Below, piece after piece: positions 12,101 to 24,546 of a stretch of DNA of 64,000 nucleotides. Each line of letters starts with the position of its first letter. The stretch's first letter is position 1. Below the pieces are notes generated by a model. That model searched no databases and was not told the origin of the DNA. It saw nothing but the letters and a program-made list of their open reading frames with translations. The position numbers and the translations under genes are program-made. This stretch comes from Phoronis australis (taxonomy: Eukaryota > Animalia > Phoronida): NCBI GenBank assembly GCA_002633005.1, contig NMRA01000154.1, positions 750,948 to 814,947 of the forward strand, written 5' to 3'.

Positions 12101-15100
12101 AAAATTTCGTAGAAAGTTCTGTTGGAAGAGCCTCCTTCCATAGGCAAACTGGCTATCAAAAAATGACCCATCTAAGCAACACACTGTAGCTAGCTCTTTT
12201 ATGAGAGTACCTTGGTGACAACGGTACTGATCAGTCTGAAATGTAATAACCCTTGGCTTGTTGTGCATCTTTCCTTAATGTACAATCAGCACAAATGTAT
12301 CCGATGACAGAAATGCAATCCCTCTGTGGTGATTGCAACTGAGCATGGCAAAGTGCAAAAAAAACAAACAAACAAGACAATGCTACATTGACCTATGCAC
12401 TTTTCATTGATGATGGCAAACAAAGATTTTTTTGCCAGCTGTTCCAGCCAAGTGGAGTGTTTTTATTTATGATGGCATGTGATTTTCAAAACTGTTTTTT
12501 CTGCAAAGACAGGGCTCTGCGCTTAAAGCATAACTTCAATACTCCAAATGAAACCCCTGGCAAAGTTCCCAGGTCGCCAGTTGAGAACTGAGGTCGCCAA
12601 ACAACGAAAGGGTTTGCGAATTGCGAAAGGTCTTGTTTTTTATTCATCTTTAGACAAATGGAAAATTAGGAGCGTCTCGCATGCTTGCAGACTCTTCTAA
12701 CTAAAACAGAAGCAGATGATGGACACACATTGCCTTGGTACCTTTGGCTCGATCATGATTTTCCTTTCCGATTTTTGCTTAACGATTCAGACCTCCACTT
12801 CCTATAACATTTTGAATACATGAACAATCATATTACACCCTCAAGTTTAATTGTTACATAATTACAATTGTGAACAGACAGACATCATTTGACAGTCGCC
12901 AGATGACTCCCCTGAATGTTTTGATGAGTCTAGGTTGGCCAGATCAGCATTGGGAAAATCATAGACATACAAGCAGTGCTCGAAAATTTTAAACTTGTCT
13001 GATGGAATTATATAGTGATTGCTTATTTTTAATGCTGACTGTATTGATAATCTCACCGGCAATCATAAATGCCCCCTATGGCCATATGCAGTATTCATCC
13101 ACAAACTCATGGAGTGGCCGGAAGCTTTTAAGGATGGGATATTGCTAGATAAGAATTTTGGTAAGCATCTTCAAGTGAGAATTGAAAAGTTTTAACTATC
13201 AAACCATCATCCTGATGTTAACAGAAATTTGTTCATAATTCATTTAACTAATTAGATTTCACTTGATTTCATTCTGTTTGTGCTGTGCATTATTGATGTG
13301 ATAGGCTGTGGTAACCACGCTGGGAATTGATCAAAAACAAGAGAGAATAACACTTATAGCTGGGCTCATGCATACCAAAATGAAACTATGCATAGAGTTT
13401 AAGGTTTCAAGCGAAAGTCCAATTCTTATGATTTTCGCTTCCTAGTAACGTATCCACTATTATTGATGAGACAAATCGATAATTCCCTTAAGTGGCCAGT
13501 GTTTAGTTCGTTACCTGAAACATCACAGGTAAATGGGGTTTTCACTGAAAGATGAAATTATACCCTCCTGTGATCATGTAAAAAGCTGCGTTTTGTTGAA
13601 TTGTAAGCAATACCCATAATTCCCCCAACATTCTCAGATTCAACTCTTGTCTGTGGCAGCGGTTAAGAACTAGGTTTAACTTACTTTTTGAAAGGCTAAT
13701 TTCACTAACACATTTTCCTTTTAGTGAAATTTTATTCTATTGTAACTCCAAAGCAACTCACTTACCTTTCTCACTAACTCCTGGTGGTGACATCGGAGTT
13801 ACCATGGTTTTAGAAGTAGGCACCAGACGGCATAGATGAGTTGCACTCTCAATCAAATACGACATGTTCTTTGTGGCGACCACTAGCAATGACTCATCCC
13901 GCTGCAGGGGAATTGCACATCTTCACAGATTAATCCTCCTTAAGTTAGAGAGGAGTTGTGGCTGTTTCTAAATCCTGAAACTATGCTTTCCCACTGACCG
14001 AAACTCTGTAGATCAGTTGTGGCATTGATGAGAAAGCAACATTGAGGGTGATCAGGCAAGCCAGACATTAGTAAAGAATTATATTTATCACGTCTCGCTC
14101 ATCTTTTCTCGTCATGTATTTGATGCTTCCATTGCATATGTATGCATTAGTGAAATTTTATTGGCATTGGAATAATAAATGACATGCTATCTCATTTCAA
14201 ATGATTAGCACAGTAATTAATTTTGCACATAGTGAAGCTGTTAGTGCTCTGCATATGCACGGCATTGTGGGTAACTACTGCAGAACCAGAGGTGACTGTT
14301 GTGTTGGCAAAGTGGCTGTTGTCATGGTGATCAGTCTTATTTACCAAGCAAGAATCTAAGTAGAACTTCACAATTTTAAACCGCAGTGTGAATGAATTGG
14401 CATTAACTTTGAGATTCAGTTTTATTATGCAATTCACTTATAGAAATTATGAAGAAAAAATCCTGAATAAATGAAAAACATGTGGCTGGTCTTTGATGTG
14501 CTCATTAAACTTGATGGCTCTGGGATTACCTGTACCTTAGGCGCAACGATACAGTTCAATAACCTCATTCAAGATCTCTCCAAATTTCAATCTGTAAGCT
14601 TCATCTCCTTAGGCAGTGAAGGTGGGTCTCTCATTTACCGTAAGTGCTGTATTAGGAGTTCAATCTGTTTTGAATCAATTAGCGATTTACTCCTGATTTG
14701 TGGATTGCATAAGTGTATGGGAAAACTCTGGTGCGAAACGTGATTTAGTTCTTTAATGACTTTCCAGTGGTAGCAAATTTTTGACGGGAGTTTTAGTCCG
14801 AAATTGTGAGACTGTTGTTGAACTGCGTGTCTAATTTCTTATCTTTTTCATGAGTAAACGTAATTTCTAGCCTACTCACTTGGTTGCTCAATGCAACATA
14901 CTCTACTCTGTGCAGGCCCGGGTGAAATGTCCAAAGTTAAGTATTTACGTCAAACTCCGTTTTTTTTGTGTTTTTATAGTTACCTAAAAACCCTGCGTTA
15001 CATGAAGGCAAATCTCATGCTAACGGGATTGGCACTGAAGTGGACAAGAACGTGTGCAGTGCTTACCCCCAGGGTAGCCGGCGCATTCCTGGGCACATCT

Positions 15101-16883
15101 AAAGGCCCTTTCCTATACAGTTTATTTCGCTACAATTGAAGCTTGGTATACTGTGGTTTACCCCGAAGTTAAGCTGAGTGTTCAGCGAAGTTATCATAAG
15201 ATGGCACCAATATGATCTTTATGTTATCTCGTTGGTCCTGTATACGCCTTACTGTTTTTGTCCTTGCCTTCGAAAATGACAAGGACCTTCCCCTCTCCCT
15301 ACACAAACACGAGGACATCAACTTCAGAAGGTAACCAATGGCTGCTACGTTGAGATGGAGAAGATTGATGACATTTAGGCCTAACAGAAAATTGGGAATC
15401 ATGCATGTGGCTTGCAGCAGATCCGTGTAAATGCAGTATGATGTTTGGCAGGAACTTGTTTTGCGTACACAAAACTGTTAGTGATTTTTAAATTTTTTTA
15501 AGGAAAGAATCTAGCAAGCAGGTGGAAAAATTGAAGCAGAATGCTTATACTGCCAAAATAACTAATATTGAAGCGAAATATTTTACAAGTATTAACCAGT
15601 TACTGCCTGCTGTTGGCAAACACAGTGACACCTGCCGATAACTCCGAATTTAAAGTGTTTCATCATACCGAAGTGTCGTTGCTTCGCTGTTAAATCCACC
15701 TCTTAGCTTCAGTGTTAACTAGCGCTGTTATTTTCTATAAAAGACCGAAGTTAAGTGCATGTTCCCACGGTAATAGCAATAGCATAGCAAGCTTTGGCGG
15801 CAGTGGGAAAGATTGGTGATGCCATTAGGGATTGAAGTGAGCTAGTTGCTATCAAGGGCTTGACTGAATGCCTATTGGATGAGATAATTGCCTTGTAAAC
15901 TAAGGCCTGTTTAGGGTAGGAGTTTCAAAGTAAAAAAACAAACAATGAGTAAGGAAAACGACCTGCCTGTTTGTTTTCAACATGAAAAAGTAAAAAGAAA
16001 CCATCTTAGAATTTTCATCACAGCTCTTGCATGGGCTAATGTCGTCAGGTTAGATTGTGTCTGCATGTCAGCAACTTCAGTGACCAACAAGAGCACTGAG
16101 GAAATTGGTGGGACGTGCCCTTTTGATCCCAATACATGTATAAAGTCTGGGGCACCTTTTGACCATTTCAAAGACTGACTGTTTATCATGAAGCTCTTCT
16201 GGAATAGTTGCTGATTTACTTGTGTCAAGTTAGTCATTTGCTGGTGTGGTAATTGTGTTTAATATCATTCTGGCTTACTTTTATCAATTTAATCTAGTAC
16301 TACTAAATGTTGCAAGCTGTGATGAAGTTGTTTATTGATTTGTGTACTAGGATGTTGTGAAGTGGAAATTAGACATCTCCCGACATGAAACATCCAATAT
16401 TGGGAATCTAAATTTTTCATTTGTGGTGTCTTACAAACTGGGCACTGGGAGGAGCTGGGATAAGTGCAGCTTGCACCCAGTCATTGGAATTATCAATTTT
16501 TGCAGTGGACATGGTTATTCTTTATACTTCCGAAGAAGTTTTGGACAGGTTCTCTGTCATGTAATGGGTAGGTTTGTGTGGTAATATCGATGTGATAAAA
16601 AGCCATACTGGAGACAACACCTCTTTAGCTGTTGTGGAGCTTTCATCTGAGACTATACCATCAAACCTTTGAGTTGACGCGTCATAGGGCAATTGATACA
16701 CATCTTGCCCCACAGCACAGTAAGAGTTGCATTCTCATGCTGCTGCTGGTGTCCACTGCCAAAACTGAGTAATAATTAGGTAATAATAATGGAAGCCCCC
16801 TGGAGAGTGATGTTTGGCAAAATTGAACAAAACCATAATAATGGTGATCACTGCAATGCCAAGTGTGACTATTACACGACTTT

Positions 16884-17112
16884 GAGATAAGAGACAAAAA
16901 ACCATCAAAAATAATAAAAATGTACAAAAAAGGCATTGTTTGTCCGTCTGTAGCTAAGACGATCATGTGTTCAGTTTTTAATTTGCAAACAATTCATTGG
17001 AGATAAGAGACAAAAAACCATCAAAAATAATAAAAATGTACAAAAAAGGCATTGTTTGTCCGTCTGTAGCTAAGACGATCATGTGTTCAGTTTTTAATTT
17101 GCAAACAATTCA
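16884..17112. repeat. Perfect 113-bp tandem duplication
   Basis: 16884-16996 is identical to 17000-17112, separated by TTG. Confidence 0.9.
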
Positions 17113-18650
17113 AATTTTGTTAACTTTGAAACTTTTAGTAGTAGATGGTCAGGTTCATATGAAACCTTCAGATGCTTTTTACAGTGTTCTCCAAACGTTT
17201 TTTGGAATTCTTTTAAAATGTCCCGCATTTGTTTGAGGGGCTTTCAAAATTAGGATTTTCATGAAAAAATCATAAAGTTGCATAAAAACAAAAACAAAAT
17301 GATATTTTAGAAAACTAACAGCGTTGTTGATATCCCATCATATACATTTATATCAAATAAAATTTGGTCTTGTAATGTTTTGTTATAAATGTACCTTTCT
17401 TTTTTGCTAAATTTTCCCTTGACATGGTCATGTGACTCAATTTACTAAAGTTTGGTAAAAAGTCAAAAATCAAATTTTGCAGACTTCCTACCTTCACTAA
17501 ATGTATGTTTTTTCTGATTCTGGTTAATTATTCAAGCTTGTCAATAAAGTCTTGTAAACATAAGTGTAATGGTGGTTTATGATGGTGGGGTTTCAAGTTG
17601 AATGTGCTTTCCATCACATTTACGTCAGAAGCAGTATTTTGTTCTTATAAAAACACAGCACCGCCTTGCAAATGTCTCTGTGGGTTGTAAACCAACAAAA
17701 GTGAAAATGAAAATCCAATGAAAGAACAGTTATCTGTAATCTCAAGCAGCAAAAAATGGACGACACACTTCAGATAACCATTGACGAGGTCTACTGCTAT
17801 TTGTACACAAAGTTCTGTCATGGGACACAGGAGCTGTCCCTCTATAAAGAAAGAAAATTTCTGCTCCTCTCCACTATTGTCCTATGTAACCAAAAAGGAA
17901 GCTGTTTATAAGAGCTATGTTGTGTGTGAATTTGCCTATTATTTGACAAGACATGTCAAAATAAAGTAACAAACCAACAAACAAACAAACAAACGGGTAA
18001 AAACAATCTCGATTGACAACAAATTGGCAAATTGCCAATCAATAACGTGTCTGAATTGCTATTGTCGGCTTGGTCTAAACTATAATTGAGAATGACTAGT
18101 TTGAAAAGGTTGTTTATGCTTTTAAGAATGTTTGAATGGGAGGTACATAAAACTCAAATTGTAATCCCTGCAAAGAGATTTGGTTGAATTGAGGCTGAGC
18201 CAAAATCATGATTTCGGTTAATTGTATTAACCCTGTAAATTATTTTGTATTCCCTGGAGTTCACCAACCCAATTGTACATACGTGTAGACTCCTTCCTTG
18301 TAAAATGGCACATCTTTTGCAAATTCACTTAGGTTCTCTTTAAGCAACGTAATTCATTGCTCGAAACCAATAATCCCTTTGGAAATTCAGCTCCAGTAAT
18401 TGGATGTCCATACCATGTAGAATCGATGAAAGGTGCTGAATTCAGACAGCTTTCATTCTGCAATCACTCATGTTTATACGTGAGCTGAGTTTGGGTTTAG
18501 ATAAATGTTGGTTTCAGCAGTTATACTTGAAAGGTTAAGATTATGTTGGCAGTCGTGGACAAAGGTCCGAGTAATTTAGCCAAATAACCAAAAAACTATA
18601 GACTTTTACTTTGTGAAAGTGTAATCTAAGTCTTTTGAATGTACAAGGTA

Positions 18651-18994
18651 CCTAAACTACACGGATAACGGGCTCATTAACACAGTCACGGACGAATGAA
18701 TACGACTCACGTACCTGCAAACACCGTTCACTGACTCACAAACACGGGTCACGGACTCATCGGCTACCTGGGTCAGCTGACATCTACATTTTGTCCGTAA
18801 ACCATGTTTGGCGGTCCATTAACCGTCTTTCTTCGTGAATGTGAGTCCGTGTCCCGTGTATTTTGGTGAATGAATCGTGTTTTGTGAGTTTGTTCCCGTG
18901 TTTGTGAGTCAGTGAACGGTGTTTGCAGGTAGGTGAGTCGTGTTCATATGCGTCCGTGACCGTGTTTATGAGTTCGTTAACCATGTAGTTCAGG
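18651..18994. mobile_element. MITE with ~100-bp terminal inverted repeats and TA flanks (Tc1/mariner-like non-autonomous)
   Basis: 18651-18748 (cctaaactac...gactcacaaacacggg) is an imperfect reverse complement of 18895-18994 (cccgtgtttgtgagtc...gtagttcagg). TA on both sides. Confidence 0.8.
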
Positions 18995-21900
18995 TAACGA
19001 TGTAGAAAGCATGTAAGGTTTGATTTTAGACTTTTTAGATATCTGACATTGATTGGGCCACTTGAACGTGTGTTTTCATTAAAATCAAGAACGGGGAATA
19101 ATAACAGACCAGCAGTATCAATATTTCCTAATTTTATTTAACACTTTGTTTAAGTTGATATTTCGTGAACACTTACATTTTTTAAAGTTATCTTTTCATT
19201 TTCATTTGGTACAACCACCTTTGGGAATTCCATGAAAAGCATAAAAGTCCATTTTTTATACTGTACTCTCGTGCAAAATTTGAACATTCAAGAACAATTC
19301 CTGAGTATGTTTCGGAAAACAGTGTACAAAGCAGAGTATCTGAAAGTTTCTTATGAATCCGATCACTCTGATTCAGAGATGCAGCGTTCTGAAGTTGGCC
19401 AGATTCGGCCTTTGTTTTTTTACATTACCTTAAGCCTCTGAGTTGTAGCGTGACAACTTCACTGAAGTGCTGTACACCTTGCGAGTTACCCAAGGTTTAG
19501 TAGTTGTGTGAGAGTTACTTGTGCACCACAGCAACTGAACACGCACATGTATTTGACAACTACCCCACCTTATCAAGACAGGGTAACCTTAAAGCCCTCA
19601 TGCAAGTGGTAGTGTCAAGGCAGAACTAATTACCAGCTGTGCGCATCCTTAGTTACACACATGGGTGTCTAGTAGTGCGTATAGTGTGTGGAGGCTCACC
19701 TGAACTGGAGCAAGTTGCTCTAGGTCATGTTGCTCCAGGGCACATTGCTCTAGGGCAAGTTGCTCCAGAGAAAGTTACTCCAAGGCTAGGTGTTCTAAGG
19801 GTGACTTCTCTGGTGGAAACGACAAAACATAACAGTTTGGCTAAGCCTAACTAACTATCTTTATTTGAAGTCTTACGAAAAACTGTCTCCTTTTCATATC
19901 ACCATTTGTTGTGTTAAGTTTCAAAGAATATTTACTTTTAGAATCTTTGACAAAAACACTGTATTTACACGAGCTTAAAATAGATAATGATATTTGACAG
20001 TATAGTACTTAAGATAAATCCTTGAGCTTGTGGTTGTGGAAATACAATCCTTTGAGACTAAGGCAATGTCCCCTAATTACACAAGGTTATTACACCTTGC
20101 CAAAATCACATATCCATACCATGTATCAGTCAATTAGCTACATTGTAACTGCTTTACTAATCACAGGTTCTAAATCTTGGCCATCTTCAAAGAAAAAGTA
20201 AACAGTATTAGAATGGCCTTATAAGCCAATGAGTCCTTTTTCTACCGCAGTATAATGTCATCTCATTATGGGAATCAGATCCACTGTAGCGCCCCTTGTT
20301 GTCCAGTTTTAGTTTCTGACAAGATATTGCTTGACAGATGATAAGTGTCAAAATGGCTCCACAGATTTTTTGATGGTCCTTGGCAGAGAGTTAGTTGTAT
20401 GACTGTGATGTGCGGCAACCAGCCCATTGTAACTTTGGCAGTTGGGTATATGGGTGGGATGTGTTTCAAGCAGTCCATTTGATTAACATTGACAGTTCTG
20501 TGTATTGGTCAGCATGTGTCTGCCAGTAGCATTAGATGACTTCAGCTTAGAAATCATTATGACCAAATTAGTCCAATTATATTACATGAAATTTATAAAC
20601 ATAATTTGAAGCCTATTATAGCGCATGCATGGACAAGATTTAGGTTATTCTTGAAGTCAGTGTACAGTTGCTTTGGGCTAATTGCTCTCTTTTCAAAGCT
20701 AAAATGTGTGTCTGGTTAGTCTCTGCTTGTAACTACAAGTAGTGTTGTTTTATGATGAAATCATGGCCCTAAGTGCAGTAGTTTTCACTTTATTAACTTC
20801 AAGCTAGAATGCTTTACTTGAGGATGGAGTATTCAGGCTTCTGTAAAGACTGTGATTTGATGAATAATGCCACTGTATGTGTGAGCGATCTAAATTAACC
20901 AGCAGATTTTTCATTGTTCTTTATGAAATTAATTAGCATTGGACATATAGCGCGCATAATATTGGTTTCAAAGGCCTCTCATATTACGGGCAGCTACAAG
21001 GCTGTTCAGTAATTAAAAATAAAATTCAGTAAAAATTTTACGGTTTTGGACGTAATGTGGTGGACATGTGAAATTTCTTTTTGTCAAATTTCTGAACATA
21101 AATAACTTTTCAGGAAAATTTACTTTTCCTAAAGATGGTTTGTATGCTGTAGCTTTTACCAAACAACATTTGGTAAAAATTTGAGCCTTTGCAACAATGT
21201 GGTAAGCCTCCGAAAAATAGAAATATGGCAGTTTTAACAAGTATTTTTGTCTCCAATTGAAGAATTTTTGCTATAGATTTGCAGTTCGTCATATTTGGGT
21301 ATTATTTATTTATCAATACCTGCTACTGAGACATAAGGTAAACTGTGCAGTAAAATGTCACTAATTTCACACTGAAATTACCCGTTTGTTATTTTATCCA
21401 TGAGCTCCTGACTCTGTGCACTCAAAATATTGCGTGGTGATAGTTGCGTTTGACATGGTCATAAGCTCTGATTTGATGTTACTTACCGGGTATGTTTTAT
21501 TTTAAAAAGTGAGAAATACTTTGCGTGTCCTCTATATTGTTTCCTCAATTGGTGAGATTGAGATTTGACCATACCGAACACCACTGTACATTAAAATGGT
21601 GTAACTTATTCACTCAGGTAAATGTCAGGTGAAGAACTGACAACCAGTTCCTTTTGAAGGCATTCACTCTCTATTCAATTACCAGCCACTGAACAGAAGG
21701 GTTTAGGAATTCTTTTCAATTAGAATTTTCAAGTAGGAATTACCTGCCCAGTCTCCAGTGGTTGAGAATAATATAGGTGTCAATCAGATGGATGTCTGGC
21801 TCTATTCTTATTTTGGTTAAATTGCTTTGTTACCGTGGTGATATAGTCAAGTGGAAGCAACAATCATTGCTACAACACTGTCCTAAATTCCCAGTGTGGA

Positions 21901-23519
21901 GTTTTATGTAGTTGTCAGTAGCGGTGGAGTATGTCTTTGTTGCTGTACTGCAGACCGTCAAAAACAACTTGATTTGTAGTCATAAGTAAAAGCATATGCC
22001 ACCCGTTTTAATTTTTTGCGAGTTTAATTGGCCTGTGTCCGTATCATCTTGTGCCAGCTGTCCACCACACCGGGCCAAGACTTGGTGAATGGCCTGGCTA
22101 GCTGAGTGGATTGGCAGTGAAATCATATTCCAATCTACGGAGTACGGTATATATTGGGTAGTCATCAACACTTGCCAGGTCAGAGCCCCCTAGTGTAACT
22201 CAGTGTTACTAAAAGTTCAGCCTCTGAACCTGAACAATTCGTTGGTTCTAAATTCCAATACACCAGGATGGTCTTTCTTTATTGCACAAAAGGGTTTGAA
22301 TTGTGGCCTATGCAATTTACCGGTAATTATTACCTTATCAGGGGCCATCTAGTCATTGGTGGCCTGTATTGAGATGGGGGAATTTTCATTGCACATCTCT
22401 TAATCCTAGCCAAAGGGAGACCAGCTGATTATTTGGTATACAACAGGTGTCATAGAAACTTGAAGCAATCATCAGTTGCCGGTATGAGTATAAAATGTAA
22501 TAAAATTTCGCCAGTTTCTGACAAGAATTAGTAGTCAAAATGACCTTTCGTGTTTTCAAGGTCTTCCAGCATTGTTGCGAAGTAGTCATCAGTTGCTATT
22601 ATAAAACATAAAATTTTGCCACTTTCTGACAAAAAATGAAAGTCAAAATTGACCACATTGTTGTTATTGCCCTCAATTTCATGTTCCCATATATAAGTGT
22701 CCATTTGTCTGATGTCCGCTTGGTGTCCGGTTCTCTATCTCAAAAACCCGTCTATGGATATTCATGAAATTTTGCAGATGATGTTGCCATCTTGGATGAG
22801 ATGACATGACACTTAGTGGCAATTTTTGCTATCTGTTTTTGGCGTCTACCTCTGTCTCTCTCGGCCAAACCACCCTGAGCATCATGATGAAATTTGGCAT
22901 GTGCATTCTTAACTGTGAAGAGCACAATAGACGATTATTTCCAGAATGTTCCGACTACTGTGGCATCCTCGAGTGGCAGTTTTTTTTTGCAATGGATGAC
23001 GCCCACTTTCAGGCGCAGGCCCTAATACCGCTGTGCCCCGTAGTGTTATTTTTATTTTTTCCATTTTCTTCTGTATCTATGGTTCTTGGAGAATTTTCAT
23101 GAAATTTGGCAAGGTTTCTATTGGAGAGGCACTGACACCGTACGGATTTGATGTAATATATGTCACCTAGTGACCATTTTTATCATTTACACCGCCTTCC
23201 CATTTTTGGATGGGTTTGATGTATTCTAGGTCATCTAATACTGATACTAAATAAACATTCCAGGAAGCAAACCATTTGCTATGCATTGTGGGTGCATTTC
23301 AATGCTCTACATTGCCCTAATTGTTTATCATATTGTCTAGTTGTGGCTGTGGTTCAGAACTTGAATGGGGAAAAGCAATAACTTAATTGATGCTACGTAC
23401 CATTCATAGAAATTAAAGTTCACTTGTCCGTCACATTGTGAAATAAAATTGGTGACTTTACAACAGCAGGAATCCTTGCAAGACAAGTTAAGATCAGTGT
23501 AATCTTTTTATTTATTATT

Positions 23520-23660
23520 GTATGAATTGACCTATCCCCGGGATTTTGAGTAACTGCTTAACTGACCAATCAGAACGCAGCATTCTTGGCACACCTGCGT
23601 TTCCAAGCTGCCATTTTACCCGACAAATAACTCGTCGGGTAAAACTTATTGTTTGTTTGT
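23520..23660. repeat. Dispersed ~140-bp repeat just upstream of the ATG exon; inverted copy at ~36325-36462
   Basis: aattgacctatc...gcttaactgacca...ccattttacccgacaaa matches the reverse complement of 36325-36462 and of the truncated copy ~38010-38118. Confidence 0.7.
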
Positions 23661-23790
23661 CAACTTTTTGCAGGGGTCGGAACTTGCGATAGGTCAATCG
23701 AAGTTTTTATTGACCACTAAAAATCTGTTTCATTGCATATTTATGTTTTTTCAGGTCTGATTCGCGTGACAGTGACTGTCACTATTCAAC

Positions 23791-24546
23791 ATGGTTCAGA
23801 CTATGGACTTCAACCTTAAGAGTGGTGAGCAGTTGCTGTTCACAAACTTCTCTAATGGCTGGATTATTGAGAAGTACTCCAACACTACAGCGCCCTGTGA
23901 AAGTTGGTTATTACTGCCTGGTGAAAACATGTGGTCTAGTGGTGTTCGATTCGTTCTCTATCTAATTGCCATGATCTATTTCTTTGTTGGTATCGCCATT
24001 GGCAGTGATATATTTATGTGTAGTATAGAAGTGATCACGAGCAAAAAGAGAACAATAGTTCGTTACGATGAGGAGCGACAAGAACCAGTAAAAAAAGAGG
24101 TCCTCATTTGGAACGAGACAGTTGCTAACTTGACACTAATGGCGCTGGGCTCAAGTGCACCAGAAATCCTCATCGCCGTCATTGAAGCTGCTAGGGAACT
24201 GCCGGCGCCATACATACCTCGTGACAGTCTGGGTGTATTTACCATTATTGGTAGTGCATCTTTTAATCTACTCATCATTACTGCCATCTGTATTGTGAGT
24301 GTGCCATCACCAGAAGTGAAGAAGATTCGGGAAGTGGGCGTGTTCATTCTGACCTCATTCTGGTCCATCTGGGCCTACGTCTGGGTTCTGCTCGTTGTCA
24401 CCGTCTTCACGCCAGGGGTTATAGACATCTGGGAGGCATGTGTTACACTTGCCTTCTTCCCTGTCCTTGTGCTCACTGCCTGGATGGTTGACAATGGCTT
24501 CTGGATTAAAAAGGCCAAAAAGGTTGATGTGCATGAAACCAATGAG
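23791..24546 (+). CDS. SLC8A: Na+/Ca2+ exchanger (NCX/SLC8), first coding exon: N-terminus, TM1-5, alpha-1 repeat
   Basis: Contains NCX hallmarks [58 protein letters not shown] and WSIWAYVW...[10 protein letters not shown]. Acceptor ttttttcag|G opens the exon at 23755; an in-frame TGA (23758) precedes the ATG (ttcaacATGg). Donor GAG|gtaagc at 24546/7, phase 0. Confidence 0.97.
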
